DNA of 64,000 nucleotides from assembly GCA_963714805.1 (NCBI GenBank), contig CAVQPO010000001.1:21576-85575 (forward strand), given 5' to 3'. The notes under the pieces are model-generated. The model had not been told where the DNA came from, made no database searches, and saw only the letters and a list, made by a program, of their open reading frames with translations. Origin of the DNA: an uncultured beta proteobacterium (GTDB lineage: Bacteria; Pseudomonadota; Gammaproteobacteria; Burkholderiales; Gallionellaceae). The translations under genes and the position numbers were made by a program. Below, piece after piece: positions 58,574 through 64,000 of the stretch (position 1 is its first letter; each line of letters begins with the position of its first letter).

Positions 58574-59669
58574 GAGCAATCTCGATCTCATACTCCACGC
58601 ACGGATCGAGCGACAACACATAAGTTTTAACTGTATCCATCAACCGCTCCACATCGTTTTCTTTCAGCCCGGTCAGTCCGGTTACCAATGCACCTTGCGG
58701 ATGAAAGTTCCATTCCGTAGGTGCTATGGTCAGATACTCGGCGACCCGCCCCACTCCGATACGCACATAGTGCATAAGCATGCCGCGCGCCGTTTTCACC
58801 AAGGACAAGCCAGTCGAATCTGCGGCAGCAATACTTTGAACACGATTACTAATATTTTCATGCGCCAACGCTTCAGCACTATCCAACAAATCGACTAGCC
58901 TGGCAATCACTCTTGCCAACAATCGGCCCGGATGCTTGCGCAACACGTCTTGTATCAACGGTGTGTGTTGATTATGCGCCAGCTCGCCGGTCTCTAGGGG
59001 TTTCCCATCATATTGCGGCATGGCAGCAAATTCGTGGTCGAAATGACCAGAGTAAAATTTCCATACATCAGATGCGTTCCATGTCGTCATCAAGGCACAT
59101 ATCGAAGGTTCCACAACAAAATTCGACTCGTTTTCCTTACAGTCGAGATTAGCAAAAACAGGTGCCAGCAAACCTTGCCCTCTATTCTGCCACTCAACCC
59201 ATTTGGCGTATGAATCGAGTTGCTTCCATTCTGCATCTGTCATGCCCAGCAATACCTGACGCAAATCAGCCAGCAAATTCACCGCATCACCCTGTCCCGC
59301 TGCAATTGCATTTAGTGCTCCGTGCCAACGTACAAACTGCTGCTGCCCTTGCTGCAAACCCAGCAGTTTCGGCCAATCCAGCAGCAAACGCCACAAGTGC
59401 TCCTGCATTGCCTCACACGCCACATTGCGTTCGAGGGTTATATTTTTCTGCAATATACACCCTTGCGCGGCAGACACTGCTGCAATGGCCGCCGCTTGCT
59501 GTGCTTTACCACATACACTAAACAACGTGGGTATCAAGCGCACGACATTGTCGGGCAACCCGCCTTTCAGTATCCGGTATGCTTGAGGTCGTGTTGATTT
59601 CACCTTCACGCCAAGTACGACATTGCCGTCCCAAATGATGCTCAGGCTTAACTTGCCTGCCTCTGACAT
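58566..59669 (-). CDS. hupK: HupK/HoxV large-subunit-like scaffold protein
   Basis: 367 aa with large-subunit-like N-terminal FSVCGKAQ and C-terminal DPCVEY motifs. Position is between hupJ and hypA. Confidence 0.7.
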   Translation of the reverse strand: MSEAGKLSLSIIWDGNVVLGVKVKSTRPQAYRILKGGLPDNVVRLIPTLFSVCGKAQQAAAIAAVSAAQGCILQKNITLERNVACEAMQEHLWRLLLDWPKLLGLQQGQQQFVRWHGALNAIAAGQGDAVNLLADLRQVLLGMTDAEWKQLDSYAKWVEWQNRGQGLLAPVFANLDCKENESNFVVEPSICALMTTWNASDVWKFYSGHFDHEFAAMPQYDGKPLETGELAHNQHTPLIQDVLRKHPGRLLARVIARLVDLLDSAEALAHENISNRVQSIAAADSTGLSLVKTARGMLMHYVRIGVGRVAEYLTIAPTEWNFHPQGALVTGLTGLKENDVERLMDTVKTYVLSLDPCVEYEIEIAHA

Positions 59670-59670
59670 A

Positions 59671-60177
59671 TCACTCTCCCATAAAGGGCATGCGCAAGAA
59701 ATCGCGCCGCGACATATTTTTCTGACTGATAGCTTCGCCCTTTAGACGCGCGTCATCAATCATTGTCGCCAGCTCATTCATTCGTTCGCTTTCGGTGAAT
59801 AATCCAACGATTATTTCTCGTGCAACTGCCAGAGCTTCCTCATGCGTGGCAAATTCCATCACCGGCGAGATCAATGAGCAAATATGACACGTTCCTATAG
59901 CGGGTTCATTAAGCCCCATGAACTCGTATGTGCCGGACGGAAAATCCCACAGCGACTTTTCGTCCAATGCCAACGGAATGAGTGGCCCATCCTGACCGGG
60001 CAACAAAACCAGATTGATAGTCCATGGCGTCACCAACACACCAATCCATCGCCCTTCCCACTCACGGAATCCAACAGTTTCGACCCGCAATGCCGGATTG
60101 AGGATGAGTATATCGGCCATGCGTGTTCGGGCGATTTCGCTGAACACAAGCTCAAGTTTCTGAACGATTCCTGTCAT
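59671..60177 (-). CDS. hupJ: HupJ/HoxT (HybE-like) hydrogenase assembly chaperone
   Basis: NPALRVETVGFREWEGRWIGVLVTPWTINLVLLPG pattern. ATGA overlap with the rubredoxin gene. Confidence 0.65.
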   Translation of the reverse strand: MTGIVQKLELVFSEIARTRMADILILNPALRVETVGFREWEGRWIGVLVTPWTINLVLLPGQDGPLIPLALDEKSLWDFPSGTYEFMGLNEPAIGTCHICSLISPVMEFATHEEALAVAREIIVGLFTESERMNELATMIDDARLKGEAISQKNMSRRDFLRMPFMGE

Positions 60178-60383
60178 TCGTTCAGCACCATGAATTTGTG
60201 TTTTGGCGCATCGCAATTCGGGCAGCACCAGTGTGCGGGCAATGCAGAAAATGGAGTGCAGCAGGAAACATTGGCAGTTGGATCGCCTGCTACCGGGTCA
60301 TACACCCACCAGCAGATACCGCATTCCAATCGGGCCGCCGCATCAATTTTACTATTGTCGCCGAGATAGGAACCTTCAAACAT
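60174..60383 (-). CDS. hupI: Rubredoxin HupI/HoxR
   Basis: CGICWWVYDP ... CPNCDAPK. Confidence 0.85.
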   Translation of the reverse strand: MFEGSYLGDNSKIDAAARLECGICWWVYDPVAGDPTANVSCCTPFSALPAHWCCPNCDAPKHKFMVLNE

Positions 60384-60392
60384 TTAGCTTCC

Positions 60393-61232
60393 TTATTGCT
60401 CGCGCATTACGCCCAGCCACTCACCCAGTCGCTCGGCGCTGTCGTGATAGTCTTCATCGGCGGCCAATGCGACTTCAGGCACATCCACCACCTCTATGGT
60501 GTTGAGGATAATTTGATCCATGCTGTTGAAATACTGCACCCACCACACGTTTGCCAATCGCGTGCTGGTGATGCGGCAGTTGCCGTAGCCGCGCGACAAA
60601 ATACTGACCGTTCCGGTGCCAAATGCCTCGAACAGGTATTCCAAGTCTTCCGGGGACATGGGCAACAACGACAGATTGATGATATGTGCGGCTTGCCCGG
60701 TTTGATGCTTTCCAGACCGCTCCAGTAATTCATTGAGAATTGCCGGCGCATTCATTATCCCCCGTCGTAGCGGCGGTGCAGCGATGTTTCCAGTAACACC
60801 CGACATGGCGGATTGCCGCACCTCTAGTGGGATGGGGCATGCGCACAGCGAATCACGCAGCACCGCGCCTTGCGTGGAAATTTCCTGCACACGCCAGACC
60901 CCGGCGAACACCGATTCCTGAATATGCAGATTGCTCGGTTCGCGCACCAACACACTGACTTCGCCTTGCCCCAGTGACTGGTTGATCAACTCAATCACCT
61001 TGGGTGGCAAACCGAGCAATTCAATACTCGTGTTGCTTCCTGTCAGCATTGCAGTGCGCAGATTTTCTATCACAGCACAGGCCGCCTCCAGAATATCCGG
61101 ATCAGCCTCAAGGTTGTACGTGGGCAAGGCAAAAGTTGTCATTTCGTGCGGAAGCGGCAGGTAATCCACAGCTTCTGCTTCCGGCTGGGAACCGACACCA
61201 AAGGCTACGACCGGAATGGGAAAATCTCTCAT
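60393..61232 (-). CDS. hupH: HupH/HoxQ (HyaF-family) hydrogenase expression protein
   Basis: 279 aa. Order and size fit. GQGEVSV...VFAGVWRV pattern. Confidence 0.75.
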   Translation of the reverse strand: MRDFPIPVVAFGVGSQPEAEAVDYLPLPHEMTTFALPTYNLEADPDILEAACAVIENLRTAMLTGSNTSIELLGLPPKVIELINQSLGQGEVSVLVREPSNLHIQESVFAGVWRVQEISTQGAVLRDSLCACPIPLEVRQSAMSGVTGNIAAPPLRRGIMNAPAILNELLERSGKHQTGQAAHIINLSLLPMSPEDLEYLFEAFGTGTVSILSRGYGNCRITSTRLANVWWVQYFNSMDQIILNTIEVVDVPEVALAADEDYHDSAERLGEWLGVMREQ

Positions 61233-61244
61233 GTTGTTTCCTTG

Positions 61245-61721
61245 CTAGTGACAACTGGAAGGTGGGATCACCGATACAGCGATACCTATCGAGGCCGCGC
61301 GGCTTACTGGTTTTTGTAATATGGCTACGCATTCGCTGACGAATTCTGACCAATCACGCAGACCTTCAATTGCGCCGACATAACCGCCATCGCGCAGGAA
61401 CAATATTGCAGGCAAGCGCCCAAGGCCAAAGCGCGTCTGCAATAATCTGGCATTCTCCGGGCGCAATACAGCGGCGCGCACATTGACGCCGATTGCAGCC
61501 AGCAGTTCGGGGAAAATCACCGCCATGTCCCAGCTTTCTGCGGCTGTGTCCGGCTCTTCCGTAAGCAACACCACACCATTTCCTGATTCATCCATGAAAT
61601 CTTGAAACCCGGTTTGATCGAGTTCGGAAATACCGTGCTTCGTCACCAAGTTATCCAGCAAGCCGCTGAAGTTATTACTCATGGCAGAGCGCGGTGGTTT
61701 CCAGGCTAAAGCTGCGGTCAT
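61245..61721 (-). CDS. hupG: HupG/HoxO (HyaE-like, thioredoxin-like) protein
   Basis: GVVLLTEEPDTAAESWDMAVIFPELL resembles HyaE. An alternative start is MSNNFSG at 61682. Confidence 0.65.
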   Translation of the reverse strand: MTAALAWKPPRSAMSNNFSGLLDNLVTKHGISELDQTGFQDFMDESGNGVVLLTEEPDTAAESWDMAVIFPELLAAIGVNVRAAVLRPENARLLQTRFGLGRLPAILFLRDGGYVGAIEGLRDWSEFVSECVAILQKPVSRAASIGIAVSVIPPSSCH

Positions 61722-61723
61722 GA

Positions 61724-62038
61724 TTATCCCTTCTGTACAAAATCGGGTCGTAAAAAATCGGGCAGTTGCGGTTCCCTGCCGATCAAATCCGCAAAACAGT
61801 CATCGAAATTATCCTTGCCTGCTGCCACCCGTTCGAGCGCATCCAGCGCGGCATTGACTAGGGCGGCGCGCTCGGCATCAATGGCTTCACGCGCACTATC
61901 CAAAAATGTTAGCAACCAATCTCCGGGCTGAACGGTGCTGATTAACATAATATTGATCCGTTTGCGGCCATTACGCCCGTCGCACCAAGCGAACATATCC
62001 TCAACGTCAACAACTTGCATCGGGATGCCTATACACAT
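61724..62038 (-). CDS. hupF: HupF/HoxL (HypC-family) chaperone
   Basis: MCIGIPMQVV N-terminus. Confidence 0.8.
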   Translation of the reverse strand: MCIGIPMQVVDVEDMFAWCDGRNGRKRINIMLISTVQPGDWLLTFLDSAREAIDAERAALVNAALDALERVAAGKDNFDDCFADLIGREPQLPDFLRPDFVQKG

Positions 62039-62042
62039 AGGG

Positions 62043-62666
62043 TCAGCCCTCGACCGATCCGGCTAGAAACCGTTCATCTCCAAAGCGGCATGCCAATTCT
62101 GCCGATGGACGACCAGCCTCATAATTTTCCATATCCAACACATTGCCGTTTATACATCTGCTTGCAATCGGTGTCGTGCGCGGCGCATGGGGGATGCCCC
62201 AGCGCGCCATCCATTCCAACGCGACATTTATTGCATGCGGGATTTGCGCCTTGACCGAGTCGCGCAGGCTACCGCCGAAATCTTCTAACTGCTCCGGCTG
62301 CACCCCGATCAGCACCATGGCCTCCGGCAACTTGCCGCCCAGCGAAGCGCACGCAATGACCTCCTGAAAACCGGTCTGATGCAAACTCATCTTTTTTACG
62401 CCCATGAAGCGCGGCACCTCATCGTCCTGCGCGATCACCATTTCCCCCGGTTTCATGCCGTAGTCCACGGCATCGAATACGATCAAGCGGCGCGCATCTT
62501 CAAGATAGGGCAGCAAATACAAACCCTGCGTCCCGCCATCCATCACGGTCACATCATCGCCGAACTGATAGGCGGCATTCATCGCCTCGACGCAGCGCAC
62601 GCCGAAGCCTTCATCTGCCCACAGAATGTTGCCGATGCCCAAAATCAGAAGTTGAGTATTTTTCAT
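62043..62666 (-). CDS. hupD: Hydrogenase maturation endopeptidase HupD/HoxM (HyaD family)
   Basis: LILGIGNILWADEGFGVR ... GGTQG ... SLHQ motifs. Confidence 0.85.
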   Translation of the reverse strand: MKNTQLLILGIGNILWADEGFGVRCVEAMNAAYQFGDDVTVMDGGTQGLYLLPYLEDARRLIVFDAVDYGMKPGEMVIAQDDEVPRFMGVKKMSLHQTGFQEVIACASLGGKLPEAMVLIGVQPEQLEDFGGSLRDSVKAQIPHAINVALEWMARWGIPHAPRTTPIASRCINGNVLDMENYEAGRPSAELACRFGDERFLAGSVEG

Positions 62667-63077
62667 TGCCTGCCTGCCGTGTTAGCGCTGCTGAAATACA
62701 GCACTTGTCATGCCAGCAAGCAATGAGCCGATTCGTGGTTAAGATTCAGTCAATTAGGAAGGTAATTATGGTGGCGATACAAGATCAATGGAATAGTTCT
62801 TTGCTATTTGTGCAATTAATGAAATTATACTAACCAGCATAAAGTGCGGTCATTGCGCACCAAAAATCAAAACCAATCCATAAACAGGTGTTCGGCCTAG
62901 CATTCCTTCAAGTTGTCGATCAGCTTGCGTGCGGTGTAGGATTTGAAACGAGGCAATTCCACAGCCAGATTCTCGGCTTGGGCGATCATGTACTGGGTGG
63001 CTTTATTTGATTATTTGGCGCGGCGTGACGCAGCCACATTCCCACGCGGCGCGCGGGAACGAGAAAAACGAGATAAA

Positions 63078-63470
63078 TCATCCGCGAATAAACCGCACCT
63101 CTGTTTGCACGGACACATTCCGCCAAATACGATCTGCCGTCAGTACGGGCAATTGCTTGACCATGCCCAATGCCAGACACGCCCGATCACCCAGCGACAA
63201 ACTGAAAGCCTTGCTGACTGCGCGTAATTCTCCCGTTACAAATGCTTGGGTTTCATCGTGGACAACAAGCTCCAATTCCAAGCCAGACAAAGTTTCACGA
63301 ATGATCGACGGAGGCATTCCCAGATCAACCAGTTTGCTAACCAGTTCGGCGTAGTTCACGCTGGAAATTATCCCCGAGCACGTTTCCAACACCGGGGAAA
63401 CATTATCCGCCCCGGATTCCTCAAACAGATATGCCAATACCGCAGAGGTATCCAGCACCACCTTACTCAT
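63078..63470 (-). CDS. vapC: VapC-type PIN toxin
   Basis: VVLDTSAVLAYL ... LSLGDRACLALG ... LTADR. Confidence 0.8.
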   Translation of the reverse strand: MSKVVLDTSAVLAYLFEESGADNVSPVLETCSGIISSVNYAELVSKLVDLGMPPSIIRETLSGLELELVVHDETQAFVTGELRAVSKAFSLSLGDRACLALGMVKQLPVLTADRIWRNVSVQTEVRFIRG

Positions 63471-63717
63471 CAGCCGCAGCTTGCCGCCGCTCGCGGATTA
63501 ACTCATCCACCACGGAACCCGTAGTATTTGCATAACGTTTGACCAAATCGCGCGCATGTTGCAACCGTTGCGTGCGGGTGGCGATACGCAACTCGTGGGT
63601 CTCATCCGACCAACTCAACAACACCTGGTCTCCGATGCTCACCCCCATCTTTTTGCGTATTTCTGCCGGAATGACAATTCTACCCCCTTGCGAGACCTGA
63701 GCGGATATGGTTGACAT
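63463..63717 (-). CDS. vapB: AbrB/SpoVT-fold antitoxin (VapB)
   Basis: SQGGRIVIPAEIRKKMGVSIGDQV. 8-nt overlap with vapC. Confidence 0.75.
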   Translation of the reverse strand: MSTISAQVSQGGRIVIPAEIRKKMGVSIGDQVLLSWSDETHELRIATRTQRLQHARDLVKRYANTTGSVVDELIRERRQAAADE

Positions 63718-63827
63718 ACAAAACTCCTTGTGTCATATCTATGAATAAGTGACACTTTAAGGCTATCCCTTAGCAAAAGCAATCGGTTAATGTAACTTTA
63801 AGCCCGCGTCCAACAAGGCACCGTACT

Positions 63828-63858
63828 GCATTTCCATCAGGGGAGACGATGGAAATGC
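63828..63858 (-). other. 11-bp-stem hairpin about 20 nt downstream of the hupC stop
   Basis: GCATTTCCATC-9 nt-GATGGAAATGC. No following T-run, so it is not a canonical terminator. Confidence 0.3.
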
Positions 63859-63880
63859 CACTACGATACCCGCTCCACAG

Positions 63881-64000
63881 CTAATCCCTGAATGTTCTAG
63901 AGCCACTGACTATGGCGCTGACCATGGTTTGGCGCGACATGATGTCTTCCCTGAGCGCCGCATAAACGTGAAGGATGATGAACCAGACGATGGCCCAAGC
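63881..64000 (-). CDS. hupC: C-terminal 39 codons of the hydrogenase b-type cytochrome subunit (HupC/HoxZ); gene runs off the right edge
   Basis: Reverse strand reads AWAIVWFIILHVYAALREDIMSRQTMVSAIVSGSRTFRD*, matching the conserved HupC/HyaC C-terminus (H-x-Y-x-A-x-R-E-D-I-M-S...SG-x-R-x-F). Confidence 0.5.
   Translation of the reverse strand, partial: AWAIVWFIILHVYAALREDIMSRQTMVSAIVSGSRTFRD

Noticed and set aside
62887-63000. 30-codon reverse-strand ORF MIAQAENLAVELPRFKSYTARKLIDNLKEC
   Set aside because: Too short, with no start context or partner. It is most likely a remnant of a gene destroyed when the vapBC segment was inserted. Mentioned only as part of that finding.
1-64000. CRISPR arrays, tRNA and rRNA genes
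   Set aside because: I saw no regularly spaced short direct repeats and no tRNA-like acceptor or T-arm patterns when scanning the intergenic regions. This should be confirmed with tRNAscan and CRISPR finders.

Overview
This is a 64-kb chromosomal window that looks betaproteobacterial, from a chemolithotroph-like organism; that assignment is inferred only from protein motifs and gene order.

Gene content, left to right:
- 1-9.9 kb: the 5' end of ftsH, a long non-coding leader, a cytochrome b561 / monoheme c / diheme c operon, glgP, and GT2/HAD/phosphoesterase genes.
- 9.9-16.8 kb: a Zn-ribbon HExxH membrane protein coupled to two large GGDEF-EAL signalling proteins.
- 16.9-21.9 kb: an MNIO (DUF692) RiPP cluster of the bufferin type. 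It has two Cys-rich DUF2282 precursor genes, DUF2063 and DoxX, and faces a divergent ECF sigma / NrsF-type anti-sigma pair.
- 22-29.9 kb: two paralogous two-subunit molybdenum hydroxylase loci. One is intact and the other (xdhC-iorA-iorB) is riddled with frameshifts.
- 29.9-37 kb: an outer-membrane protein, an FtsX-type permease, mnmC, and AmmeMemoRadiSam A plus its radical-SAM enzyme.
- 37.1-48.6 kb: an accessory 'graveyard' holding five toxin-antitoxin modules, gene fragments, a frameshifted sucCD pair and an IS66 remnant.
- 48.6-64 kb: a Cupriavidus-like uptake-hydrogenase accessory and regulatory cluster on the minus strand (hupC 3' end, hupDFGHIJK, hypA, hypB, hypC-hypD, hypE, hupR, hupUV, hupT, hoxN). 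A sixth TA module, a vapBC pair, is wedged between hupC and hupD.

Other points:
- Several short repeat families are present: a MITE with target-site duplications, and three kinds of GC-rich palindromic elements, one of which sits in frame inside a CDS.
- Many otherwise well-conserved genes carry frameshifts. Nearly all can be repaired by deleting a single base, which may be an assembly artefact rather than biology.
- I saw no rRNA, tRNA or CRISPR array.
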